From Mytilus edulis (taxonomy: Eukaryota), in NCBI RefSeq assembly GCF_963676685.1, contig NC_092344.1, forward strand, positions 10,478,001 through 10,542,000: a stretch of 64,000 nucleotides of DNA. The letters are read 5' to 3'. Shown here in pieces: positions 13,758-26,485 of this stretch; position 1 is the first letter of the stretch; each line of letters begins with the position of its first letter. The notes under the pieces were generated by a model. The model was given only the letters and a program-made list of their open reading frames with translations, was not told the origin of the DNA and ran no database searches. A program made the position numbers and the translations under genes.

Positions 13758-14107
13758 GTTTACTTTTCTACATTGGGTAGAGACATAGGGGAGGGTTGAG
13801 ATCTCATAAAAATGTTTAATCCCGCCTCATTTTTTCGCCTGTCCCAAGTCAGAAGCCTCTGGCCATTGTTAGTTTTGTATTATTCTTAGTTTTAGTTTTT
13901 TGTGTATACTTTGGAGTTTAGTATGGCGTTCATACTCATTATCACTGAACTAGTATATATATTTGTTTAGGGTCAGCTGAAGGACGCCTCCGGGTGCGGG
14001 AATTTGTCAATTCGTTGAAGACCATATTGGTGACTTTCTGCTGTTGTCTTTTCTATTGTCGGGTTGTTGTCTCTTTGACACATTCCCCATTTCCATTCAC
14101 AATTTTA
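13758..14107 (-). repeat. Interspersed repeat, inverted copy of 19640-19990
   Basis: Reverse-complement identity, e.g. ttgacacattccccatttcc vs ggaaatggggaatgtgtcaa and cctgtcccaagtcag vs ctgacttgggacagg. Confidence 0.75.
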
Positions 14108-15269
14108 CTAGTAACTATACACTTGTTATTTTTGGGGGAATATTTCAAGCAATGCTTATAGAAACAGCTGACGATTAACAGTCAAAATACTGAATTTTGG
14201 TAGCTGATTGAACCAGGTTATGCAGCGTGTAAAACTCTCCGATTGTATAAAATAAATGTGATTGTGCAGTTATACATCTTCCTGCAGGGTAAAATTGCGG
14301 CCTACGAGCAAGCGTAGGTATTGGGCTTTCCTTATCTAGATTGCCTGGAATTCGCCCACACATTAGTTGATTACACATCTATAATTTGTTCGGAAGTGGA
14401 TGTATATTTACACATCATACAAAGCCAAACCCCCCGTTCTATTGTCAAAAGTAGTTTTAAGGTACTGTTTCGAACATTTCCTTGTAATGTCTAGTACGAA
14501 ATATTAAAAAACCGTTGCTATGTGGAAAACTGTTATTGAAAACAAAAATATAGCAAAGTCTAACTTCACTTCATTAATTTTATTGTTAAAAGATATTTCT
14601 CAATTTGTCATTAAATTGATAAGTAATAAAGCAAACTTGGTGTTACTATTCAGAAAAACATTTCATATATTTCTTTTATATTTACGGTATTATCGTTGTT
14701 CATCAAAAAGTAAAACAAAAAAATACCTACCGAACTCTGGGGATAATTCAAAACGGAAGTCCCTTATCAAACGTACAAATCAAAAGCTCAAACACATTAA
14801 ACGATCATATTCCTGACATTTTAAGATTGTCAACTTTCTGCTAAGAAGCTGGTTATGTTTTATAAAATCTTAGTAGCAGCTGCAAACACTTTCTAATCAG
14901 TTATCAAATATATTTCTCATATGCAGAGGAAGTTAAAGTTGGTATATTGCTGCTAAAGATAAGGTAGGGGTTTATAGCTTCAAGATTGAATTCGTCTCGT
15001 TTGTTATAGATTCTGGTTCTGCGATGACCGGTTATATCAAATTGGAAGTATATATATAAAAAGGAGACAGAGACACATTTGCCGAGTATGTCCTAAGGAT
15101 CAACTAAGATCAGGAAATTTAATTAAAAAAGAACACAGAAAAAAAAATTATCATCAAAATATTTCACAAATTAAATGAGATTATGATTACCATGCTAACG
15201 AATAAGCATAAGATCGAATGGTGAATTTTTTGTCAAGATTGCTGAATTTAGCTGAATAATTTTCTCTAT

Positions 15270-16460
15270 CTAAAAACGTTTCCAACGAAACCTTAATTCT
15301 TTATTTTTGGCCCGTGTGTAAAGCACGTTTTCAATTCCCTTTTCAATTTTACATCAAAAGAACAATAACTAAAAGGATTTGCAAGGTGATTAAAAAAAAA
15401 CGTCCTATAAAAAAACAAGCAAACATTTCACCTCTAGATGAAGTTGTAAGGTTAAAACTACCAATTGTGTACCTCAATATTACACAGACAAGCATTGGTA
15501 TATAAGAAATAACGTAAAAAGTTATTATAGCGAGGAACATAATCCTTATTCTTCCTTTTACTGAACTACTCTTTGACTTTGTAGACTCAGTTAAGCTTTC
15601 TTCATTTTCTTCCTGTTTAGAACTTGAATTGTTGTAGAAGATTTTTGCAATGCATAAGTAAGAGGACCCTTATTTCGATTTGAACCATATGCGACTTCTT
15701 CATTCGAGACAATGTTCAGAGTGTCACTATTTCCGTATATTTTACTATTAGCTGTGGTTTTCATAACATATATTATCGTAATACCGGATGTCTTCTTAGA
15801 GCTAATTTCCAAAACTTCTTGACTGGATATGTTTTGTTCCTGTTTATTGTTTAAAGATTTTTGTCCCGAACTATTTGGAAAGGAAGTCTGAATTCTTTTC
15901 AAGACTGGTATGCACAGAACTGTGGTGATAACGAGATTACACAGAATTATCAGTGCAAGTAGACCAAAGTAAATAGCTGTTGACTTTGTGCCAGCTGTCG
16001 ACAAACTACACGATGTGGTATTGATTGTATGATTTCGAAATACGTCTGCGAATGTTTTCGTTCCTGATATTCCTAAAAGTGGACAAATATACAATAATGT
16101 AAATACACACGCAACAGATAGTGAAACTCTTTTCCAGAACTATGTCATCTTTGGTCCGAACTGTTTGCATACTAAAAGGTACATTTGAAGACTAATGATC
16201 AATATGATGTGTTCTGACATTCCGGAAGCAAACCTTGACAAAAATGTAATAAAATAACAAACGGTTAAAAAAATAATTGCTAATAAAGGAATAAAATAAC
16301 GTTCTCCTCGTTCCTTAATCCGACAAGAATAAAACACAATAGATGCAATATTACCTAGAACCCCTATAACTGTTCCAATAATAACCAAGACTGTATGACA
16401 GAGTAAAATATCGGAATATCTGTCTTTCAGAAATTCATTGTTATCATTTACGGATACCAT
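15270..16460 (-). pseudogene. Pseudogenised tandem paralogue of the 8242-9477 GPCR
   Basis: Colinear protein similarity (LKDRYSDI, CRIKERGERYFIP, LLGISGT, NRNKGPLTYA, SYIP, SRGE). Lesions: deletion of TM2-ECL1, QRY>QMY, TAG at 16140, frameshifts near 15600 and in TM7. Same tag|C-ATG acceptor context. Confidence 0.85.
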
Positions 16461-18589
16461 GCTACAATTTAAGATTAAAAAGAAAATAAGAAATGCATAG
16501 TTTTCATAACTGTTTTCATGCCAAAAAACAATTAAGATTCGATGTTTATGAATAGACTAAAATGCTGTTTATACAATAACTATCATTGTGTCCCTACTAC
16601 TCAATATTCAAAATAAACAAGCTTCTTCGTTATGTGTGTTGTTTGTTTGTTTTCTCTTCAACAAACACACCATTACTCTCTGTATCCAAATTTTTTACAG
16701 TATTTTGCGAATTTTCCTATTTTGGCCAGTGGTGTTCCGTTGGTACTTTTTTTTACGTGATATATTTAACAACGTGTTTGCTTAGGAGTATGATTTCAGA
16801 CATTGTAGTAAACTCTATGAACTTGTTAATACTTAGTAGGTTATTATTACTGACATCGCATTTATTGTTCAAAGTAAATAAGTTAACACGAATAAGTTAA
16901 GGTAATAATTATTGTTATCCATGTATTTACACTCATGTTCCTACATTCTGTCGATGCCTATATGTTGCTAATAGATAAAGATTCTTTATAAAAAAAAGAG
17001 GTAAATGCATGTCTAAAAACTCAAACTCATATATGCTCATAACAAACCGTGTAATGAAATAGAGAAAACAATGCTTTGGAAACATTTATCAATCCGGAGT
17101 CACAATCTGACAGAAATATTTCTACCCACATAGATCCACATCATTCAAAATTTGAAGAGAGCCACCATTCCATACAAAAAATCCTGTTAACATCACGTTT
17201 TATGTTGGTGGATGAAATGATTTGTTCAGGTATTTGAAGTGATTTGAATTTAGAGTTACAATTTTACGGAACAAAGACACGTTTCTGATCTCTTATACTT
17301 TAATAATTGATTGCATTTTTCTATGCATGTATCTAAATTAAGAAATAATTCATGGAAGCCGTAGATTTGTTTTCATTTGACCATAGATTGGGCATTTATA
17401 TTCGATTATTTAGCCTGAGCGTAAAATAACAAAAATTATCAAACTCAAAATTTAAGTCGTTTCATTATGGAATAAATGGTGGATTAAAACCGGTTTCAAA
17501 GCTAGCTAAACCTCTTACTTGTATAACAGTCGCATAAAATTATATTGACAGTAATTTGAGAACAAAACAAAATGACATAAAAATTCAAAAAGTCAAAAAT
17601 TTGGCACAGCAGTCAATATTTCAATACAATCTTAATCACTATAAAATGATAAAAGAAACATATACGTAAACATCGAAAAACAAAATGACATATGGACAAA
17701 GATCATATTAAACAAAAATCAAAGACTAGCGCAATAGGTGAAATGTACAAAAACCTATCCACGCCAAAAGGATATTACCAAACGTGAATTTTAAAGTTAG
17801 GCTAGTGATTCACGAAGACAAATAAATGATCACCATAACAGCGATATTATGATGATAAACAACGTCAGTATTTTGAATCCAAACTTTAAGCCCATCTTGT
17901 ATTATTCATGTGTTATTTGTAAAGATATCCTCCAAAGAACATTTGTTAGAAAAAGAACATAATCCTGGTTCATCAAACTTTTGCTTTGACAGTGATTACG
18001 TTGTATCAAGTGTTTGTAGCAGGTGTTACATGTTGAACACAAATTGAATTTGGAAATGTATATCTCATATGTATGGAAAGTTTGTATATTGCTGCTATAA
18101 CTAAGGTGATGGATATTAATAATTTCAAAATTAAATCCTAACAAAAAAATATGCAGGTATGCTGGTTTAAAGTTAAAAAGTAAAATCACAAAAATACCGA
18201 ACTCAAGAAGAATTCAAAACTGAAAGTCCCTTATCAATGGAAAAATCAAAAGCTTAAACACACAAAACTAATGGATAACAACTGTCATATTAAGGACTTG
18301 GTACAGACATTTTCTTATTTAGAACATGAGGAATTAAACCTTGTTTTAATACAATGTTTATGATTAAGTTTGTTTCTCAGATGGGGTCAGTGATAGATTA
18401 ACTATGTGTGGTTTATTGGATGGAAATGTATGCCTGTTTTCTCATTTTCTAGTTTGAAAGTACGGACTTCAACACCGAACAGCACGCTATAACGGTCCCC
18501 AGATGTGATAAGTGTAGAAGATTAGTTTTCTTGAGAAGGTTTATATCTCGGATAGTAATAGGAAACAGTTGACTGTATTTTATGTATAA

Positions 18590-19030
18590 ATGAAAGACAG
18601 GGTATATATCTATCTAATATGGTTCTTATAACATACACCTCATTGAGATAGTTCCCGGGCCTGTATTCCCGATCATGATTTCCTTGATAGATGGTTGTTG
18701 CTCATAAGGAAGCTATAAGACCAAGATTTCCAAATGGTGAAGTTAAAATCATTCCCTTCGTAAACTTTACAGACGCCATCACGAGTTGGTTGACCGATGA
18801 ACACGATGGGATTCACATGTGGAGTAGGATCTGCTTACCCTACTGGAACACCTGAGATCCCTCCTAGTTTTAGGCTGGGTTCGTGTCGCTCAGTCTTTAG
18901 TTTTCTATGTTGTGTCTTCTGTACTACTATTTGTCTGTTTGTCTTTTTCTTTTAAGCCACGGCATTGCCAGTTTTTTTTTTCGATCTATGAGTTTGACCC
19001 TACCTCTAGTATTTTTCGCCACTCCCTTCG
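18590..19030 (+). mobile_element. 3' fragment of a Penelope-like/non-LTR RT and its 3' non-coding repeat (related copy 22746-23075)
   Basis: Degenerate SRAC..HDFLDR..LL.RKL..Q.F..VKLKS.LRKLY.RHHELVD followed by catgtggagtaggatctgcttaccc...tctttagttttctatgttgtg. Confidence 0.6.
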
Positions 19031-19639
19031 CTTATGTTATACCAGTTGTGTAACTCTTTTCCTAAAACAATTTATCATATGAACCGATGACGTTGGGGTT
19101 GTCTGTTTATTTTCGACATATATGAGTTTAAATGTCCATATGATATCTTTTGCCCCGCTTTGACATGTTTTACTGACTTTTTTTTATTCTTTAGGAAGTT
19201 ACCTGATACTGCATGGTTATATTGCATCCGTACCCAAAGTATGTGTACTAATAAACCAACTAACATATGTCGTCTATCAATGAATATCATTTCATGTCAA
19301 AGAAAAACAAACTATACTTCAATGAGACGAAAACTGAACGAAACACAGTCACGTCTCCTTGTTTCCGGTGGCGCTTTCGCGAGACCATCAACTGTATCAA
19401 AGTTCACACAAAGGTACGAAAAACTAAGTACGAAAATACCGACCGGGTAGAATACATGTTAAGAGAAAACTTTTTAATAATGGCACAAAGTAATAATGCA
19501 ATACCATGTTTCATAACGGTTAACCAACTCGTGATGGCGTCCGTATCAAACTACATTAGCGGACTAAATGCAAGATCTAGAAGAAAACGGTCCGTCCTCA
19601 ACTTAAAAATGTAAATTTTTTTTTTGTTCAAATCAAACC

Positions 19640-20290
19640 AAATAAAATTGAAAAAGGAAATGGGGAATGTGTCAAAGCGACAACAACCCGACCATAGACC
19701 AGACAACAGCCGAAGGCCACCAACGGGTCTTCAATGTAGCGAGAAACTCCCGCACCCGTAGGAGTCCTTCAGCTGGCCCCTTAAAAAATATGTATTCTAG
19801 AACAGTGATAATGGACGTCATACTAAACTCCGAATTATACAAAAGAAACTAAAATTAAAAATAATACAAGACTAACAAAGGCCAGAGGCTCCTGACTTGG
19901 GACAGGCGCAAAATTGCGGCAGGGTTAAACATGTTTATGAGATCTCAACCCTCCCCTTATACCTCTAGCTAATGTAGAAAAGTAAACACATAACAATAAG
20001 CACATTAAAATTCAGTATAAGAGAAGTCCGAGTCCGATGTCAGAAGATGTAACTAAAGAAAATAAATGAAAAGACAATGATACATAAATAGCAACAGACT
20101 CCTAGCAGTTAACCGACATGCCAGCTCCAGACCTCAATTAAACTGATTGAAAAATTATATCTTCATCACATGAATATCAGGCACAATCCCTCCCGTTAGG
20201 GGTTTAGTATCATACCATCATAACATATATGAGAAGAACACAACCGGTGTCATTCCAACAACTGTTTTTTTAAATAAATGTGTTTAGTTT
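19640..20290 (+). repeat. Interspersed retroelement-derived repeat
   Basis: Homologous to inverted 13758-14107. Related segments occur at 25590-26285. Confidence 0.65.
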
Positions 20291-21065
20291 TTTAAATTTT
20301 GATTTTTTAAATGTAATTTTAAATTTGCAAATTCTCCAATTATAACGCAGTAGAATGTCCAAGGGCGAAACGGGAGAGAAAACTTTAGCGAGTATGTCTA
20401 TATGATAACATTTAGCAGGGTTTATTTCAGTTTATACAATGTTATGACAAAACATAGAAATAGATCAAAACAATTATTCCAATGTATTATTTTAGGAAGT
20501 ACACGTAGGAAGCAGTCAGGTAAATTTCGGCCTACCATGTTGCAGACAATTAACACTGTAACCGCAATAAAATAAGACTAGCGCGACGATGTTCTTTCAA
20601 ATCAGAATTTATCTCGGAATTATAAAAGATTATTTACTTGATCAAGAAAACATTGCTAATGCTCTCAATTATAATTTTCTATTAATTTTTTTTTACATAA
20701 AATCACGTGAAGCTTACTTAAAGATAAATTAACGTTAATATTAAAAATATATCAGTATACTAAATTTCAGTTGTATTTATCGTGCAACAAGTTTGCGGCA
20801 TAATTCCGAACACTGTATTGCCCATTTGCTGACTACGTTCAAGTTTTAGTCTCGATGCTCTCCCTTATTTACTGCCTGACATGGTTAAAAACAATTGTAA
20901 CTTCCACATGTAATGCTCAAAACTGTTTGGGACTTGAATTGTTCGTTTCGTTCTTTTCCTCTTCAATGCCTTTGTGAGCATGAAACTTTCATCTAAAAAT
21001 ACATATCCTCCTGCTCGCAAATCAATGTTGTATATAAGTTATATTGGAAAACGTCACAGTATTCG

Positions 21066-21172
21066 AACGTCATGTAAAACCATCGCACTTCGACGTAAAC
21101 CTTCGCACTTCGACGTAAACATTCGAACTTCAGCGTGACCATCGCACTTCAGAGTGACCATCGCACTTCAGG
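21066..21172. repeat. Degenerate ~20-bp tandem repeat (accatcgcacttc core)
   Basis: About 5 copies of aaacc(a/t)tcg(c/a)acttc at ~20-bp spacing. Confidence 0.7.
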
Positions 21173-21605
21173 CGTCCCCATTGAACCTCCGAGTCCTACA
21201 TATATTTGTTTGTTTGTATAGTGATTACGATTATAACCCGATGTTGATTGATTTACCCCTGTTGTTACATTTTTACCTTTTATATCTGTTTGTTTTGTTC
21301 ACACATAGTCGTCAATATAATGGAATTTGTTGCTTGCGCCTCTTGTTCAATTGAGGGGTTTAGCTAGCTGCTTTAAAAACAGATTTAGGTCACAATTTTC
21401 TACATTAGAAAATGTCTGCACCAAATCAGGAATACGACAGTTGTTATCCATTCGTTTGGTGTTTTTGAGCTTTTGATTTTGACATTTGATTTTGACTTTC
21501 CTTTTTGAACTTTCGTCGGAGTCAGTTTTTTGGTGATTTCACGTTTTACATATCATTTGTTTCAAGGAAACACAACACTGTTAAATCTGATAATTAACGA
21601 TATCA

Positions 21606-21689
21606 AATCTGTGCGTCACGGATGAGTTTCATGTAGACGAAACGCGCGTCTGGCGCACTAAATTATAATACTGGTACCTTTGATAACTA
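21606..21689 (+). mobile_element. Retrozyme terminal fragment with a mutated hammerhead (CGGATGA core); more decayed copies at ~21958-22272 and ~32077-32338
   Basis: gcgtca-CGGATGA-gtttcatgtagac-GAAA-cgcgcGTC-tggcgcactaaattataatactggtacctttgataacta matches the 24813 element in the opposite orientation. Confidence 0.75.
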
Positions 21690-23249
21690 TAATCACGACA
21701 CCTCTAGAAAAGGCAGTTCCACAATAACTTTGAAGCAAGGCTTTGATTGCTGATAAAATAGATGTTAATAATTTGGAAAGAGGTTTCGTGGAGCACTTGG
21801 AATACCCAGTACTATACCGTTGTTTGTAAGGACACTTATGTAGTTTAGATATTTAACACAGTGATTGAATCCAATACACCAACATGGTGCTACAGTACAT
21901 AAATTCTGGGACACATTAAAAAAAATGTATGCCAACTTGAATTAGTGTCTTTAATGTTTTTTACAACAACTGGTTCGATGCTACAGCTGGTGGACGCTTT
22001 GTCGACCAAGGTATCCCTAGCCCAATAGTCAGCAGATTTGTTTGCCTTATTATAAAATATTAAATGAACCATGTAGATTTTTTACCCCTCGCATAACTTT
22101 CATCAGTCGTATTTAACTACGGTATTAGGTACACAGAATGTTCGTTTTTTTTTTTGTGTTTCTCAATCACGTATTTGATTTGACCTTTGATTCGTGTGTC
22201 ACAGGTGGGTATTACGTATACGAAACGTGCCTCCGACATACAAATTTATAAGCTTGGTATCTTTGAAGATTTTTTTTATATCATAAAAACTCATCTGCTC
22301 TAAATAAAGGCAACAGTAGTATACCGCTGTTCAAAGGGAGCCTCTCAAAAGTCATAAATCGATGGAGAGAAAAAAAATCCGGGTTACAAACTAAAACCGA
22401 GGGAAACACATCAACTAAAAGAGGAACACAGCGAAACAAAAGAAACACCGACGTACAAAAAAAAAAGACATTGCAACATACATAGAAACGAACTATTAGA
22501 TAACTACTGCCATATTCCTGACTTAGTTCATGACATTTTAAGAAAAAAGTTATTGGTTGAACCTGTTTTTGTGGCTAGGCTAACCTCGAGCTTTATGACA
22601 ATGTTAAATTTACCGCTAAAATGACAACATTACACGACAGGCATACAGTACAAATAAATGCAAGAACACTGAGGACAGAGAAATACATATATAAATAAAA
22701 TACTACATTTCGACATGTGAGTCACAGAATAACGAATTCACAAATGATATCGGATATGTTCATTACGTCGTAACTACAATCCCCTTCCCTTTCATGAATG
22801 TGACCTACGAAATTAGACTATTTACCGGATTTGTTATCACATAAGCAACACGACGGATGCCACATGTGGAGCAGGATCAGCTTACCCTTCCGGAGCGCCT
22901 GAGATCACCTCTAGTGTTTGGTGGGGTTCTTGTTGCTTATTCTTTAGTTTTCTATGTTGTGTCATGTGTTCTATTGTTTGTCTGTTTGTCTTCTTTCATT
23001 TTTAGCCAGGCGTTGTCAGTTAATTTTTGATTTATGAGTTTGACTGTCCCTTTGGTATCTTCTATCCCTCTTTTATACACTTAGTAATCTCCAATCTATA
23101 TTTAAAAACAATGGTAGCTATATAGGCATCCTTTATTTTGTAAACTGGGTCAATTATCAATAGTAAATTACATGATATTTTCAAGGAGTGTGACATCATC
23201 TCTTTCTTCACCCCATTCTATGAATATTCGTGTACAGCTTTTTGCCACC

Positions 23250-24812
23250 ATAGACTGTCTCCGCGTATCGACAATCTGATGATAAACGACACTTTCTGAA
23301 AATTAAATATATTAACAGAGGTATGGATTTTATTAACTTATCGAGCATTTCTAATGACTATACCGTTCACATTTTATACCGGCCTATTTTGATAACACAG
23401 AACCACCTTTTATTTCGTACACATACAAAAAAAAAACACAGCAGAAGTTTAATTTTTAATTGTACGTCGGTAACAATAGACGTCAATGTAGAAAATAATA
23501 CTCCTTTAACTTGTAACTGTGAATCGTCGAAGTTAAGATATGATCCCTATGACCATGTTAATACGGGGGACATCAATATCGTCCAGGACAGAGAGGTTAA
23601 AAAAAAGGAAAAACAAGGAACAAAACATCGTTCTCCATCTGAAATTGAAACAGTGTCGTCAGGTCACTAAATACGCAATTTCCTCGTTTTGTAAACATTG
23701 GTGTAAATGTATGAATGTTGTAGATGATATAATATAACATTTTGAAAAGAGTGCATAATACGCCTATTTTTAGAATAAGAAATTAACTTCAAGAATTTTC
23801 AAAGCGGTTTGTATTTGTACCAGCCGACAAAGCAGCCGACAAAGCAGCCAACAATGTTGTGGTGATATGCCGTAAATACTACACGGACGCTCTTAAGAAT
23901 GAAAATTTAAATTCATCTACATTCAAGTCCGTGCACTCAACAGAGAGTCATAGAGTAAACAAACATATCACAATCACATCACAGCTTGAGGCTTCATCTA
24001 AACTACACAAAAAACAGAAACAAATCGTTTCATATCGGCCTATAGAAAGTGTGCTACAACTAATATTTCAGTGCTTTCAATTCTGATGATCTTCTTGATT
24101 CTACTCTTTACACTACACTTCCACATAATCTTATCAAACAAAAGTTTTCCTATTTAATTAAATGGTCGTTTGGAAAATCTGAATGCAAATATATTTGCTG
24201 CAATTCATTTAAAGCCTTCTTCTCTAATGAAAAGCTAAATATTCTAGATATACTTACTGGAGGTGTGATGAGATGATTGAAGCTGTTAATTTTCTCCTTG
24301 ATAATATCCATGTACGTCAAGTTTCGGCAACGAACATTATCGACAGATTGTAGGCATCCCAATGAGCCCCTTTAACATCAGACTTGTTTTTGTATTGTTA
24401 TGAATCACAGTTTATGACCAAACTTAGTAACGACCCGTCTAAATTGTATTTAATTGATGAATTCAACAACACTTACCGTTATTTCGATGATATTTTTCGT
24501 TAAATAATCAAGAATTTTCTAAATATATTGTCAACATTTACCCAGAGGAACTTACTTTAAAAAATCAAATTTAAACGGAAATAACTGTTCTTTCCTAGTT
24601 TAGATATTCGGTTTTACACGGGGAACTCCACACTAAAAATACCGTCAAAAGGGACGATTTTTCGTTCCCTATTATTAATTTTCCATTTTTGGGTGGTAAT
24701 GTTCCTTTGGCACCATCTTTCGGTGTTTATATTTCAAAATTAGTTTGCTATGTCTGTGTCTTTTGTGACGTTTTTTTATTTTAACGAACGTAATCCATGT
24801 ATTACTGGTAAG
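23250..24812 (+). mobile_element. Decayed Penelope-like element reverse transcriptase
   Basis: Broken frames give CNC..HVNTGDINIV, ADKAANNVVVICRKYY, DSTLYTTLPHNLIK, RQIVGIPM, DLFLYCYESQFM, YRYFDDI and DDFSFPIINFPFL. Confidence 0.8.
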
Positions 24813-24844
24813 TAGTTATCAAAGGTACCATGGTTATAATTTAG

Positions 24845-24889
24845 AACGCCAGACGCGTTTCGTCTACATAAGACTCATCAGTAACGCTC
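24845..24889 (-). ncRNA. Minimal type I hammerhead ribozyme, copy 1
   Basis: Minus strand gagcgtta-CTGATGA-gtct(tatgt)agac-GAAA-cgc-GTC^tggcgt: intact core, stem II gtct/agac, palindromic ACGCGT stem III. Predicted cleavage between 24852 and 24851. Confidence 0.85.
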
Positions 24890-25195
24890 ATATCAAAATA
24901 ATTATAAATCCAAACAAGTACAAAGTTGAAGAGCATTGAGGATCCAAAATTCCAAAAGTTTTGCCAAATACGATTAAGGTAATCCATTCCTGTGATAAGA
25001 AAATCTTAGTTTTTCGATAAATTCAAAGTTTTGCAAACAGGAAATTTATAAAAATGACCACATGATTGATATGCATGTCAACACCGAAGTGTTGACTACT
25101 GGGCTGGTGAAACCCTCGGGGACGAAACGTCCACCAGCAGTGATATGGACCCAGTGGTGTAAATAGTTATCAAAGGTACCAGGGTTATAATTTAG

Positions 25196-25240
25196 TACTC
25201 CAGACGCGTTTCGTCTACATAAGACTCATCAGTGACGCTC
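25196..25240 (-). ncRNA. Minimal type I hammerhead ribozyme, copy 2
   Basis: gagcgtca-CTGATGA-gtcttatgtagac-GAAA-cgc-GTC^tggagt. Predicted cleavage between 25203 and 25202. One stem I mismatch. Confidence 0.8.
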
Positions 25241-26485
25241 ATATCAAAATAATAATAAAGGCAAACAAGTATAAAGTTGAAGAGCATTGAGGATCTAAAA
25301 TTCCAAAAGTTATGCCAAATACGATTAAGGTAATCCATTCCTGGGATAAGAAAATCTGGCGTACTAAATTATAATCCTGGTACCTTTGATAACTATTGTT
25401 TACCGTTCCCAGAAATTTAGAAACGAACTTAGGAAACTTATCGATTCTTTAAATAAACTTTTTCTAAAATTCAATACTCTAATAAGATCATTGATTGGTA
25501 TCAATATCAGTTGGTTATTAGTAAATTAAATGCAAACTAAATATTATTGTTATATAAATATACACATTCATGGATCTACAATCTGTCGATACCAGCTGTA
25601 TCTTGGCATTGTATAAGGTCATGTTTTTCTCTGACTGTTTATGATGTTTTTACACTAAATCCATTGGATGTTGGATGTTTACTGATTGATAATTTAGTCT
25701 TAGATGCATGATTTTTTTAACAGTTGTTAGTGGCTTTGAACAAGCTGTCAGTAACTTCGAGTACTCTCAGATCAGTACTTAGTGTCTCTTTGTTGTTGGG
25801 ATATACAAGTTGCCGGTCACGTCCACTCTGTCTTTTTGTTAGATGTATTTCTAGTTGTATCCATCTGATGAGTTCAGCCTTTTTCAACTGTTTTTTTTTT
25901 ATAGTTCGCTCTTATGTTGTACGGTTAAATCATTGTCCCAGGTTAGGGGAGGGTTGGGATCCCGCTAAAATGTTAACCCCGCAACATTCTGTATATATGT
26001 GCCTATCCCAAGTCAGGAGCCTGAAATTCAATGGTTGCCGTTTGTTGACGTGTTACATATTTGGTGTTTGTTCATTTGTTGTACATAAATAAGGCCGTTG
26101 GTTTACTCGACGTTTTAATTGTTTTGCATTTGTCATTTCGGGGCCTTTTGTAGTTAACTACGTGGTATGGGCTTTTCTCATTGTTAAAGGCTGTACGGTG
26201 ACCTATAGTTGTTAACTTCTGTGTCATTTGGTCTCTTGTGGAAAGTTGTCTCATTGGCAATCATATCACATGTTCTTTTTTTATACAGTCTATCAATACA
26301 CAACGAAATCAAGACTACAGAGAAAGCTAACAGGCATGCTTAAACTATGGATAATACATAAAAATGGCATGTGAAAGCTTAACTTTACTTGGAGAATCGT
26401 AACTAGTAATGTCTCCAATAGCGTATTTTTATACTGTATTTCTGCTACGAATAGCAATATTCTAACCAACACATTATCTTGGAAT

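Larger units (their letters stand above)
24813..25395 (-). mobile_element. Non-LTR retrozyme: 351-nt tandem unit (~1.5 copies) with two hammerheads and a 41-bp inverted tail
   Basis: tagttatcaaaggtacc recurs at 24813 and 25164 (period 351). 25355-25395 is the near reverse complement of 24813-24853. Confidence 0.85.

Noticed and set aside
19075-19852. Several 60-115-aa ORFs
   Set aside because: No recognisable domains; they overlap interspersed repeats. The same applies to most short ORFs in the track.
25860-25900. ctgatgag possible hammerhead
   Set aside because: No stem II/GAAA/NUH arrangement follows.
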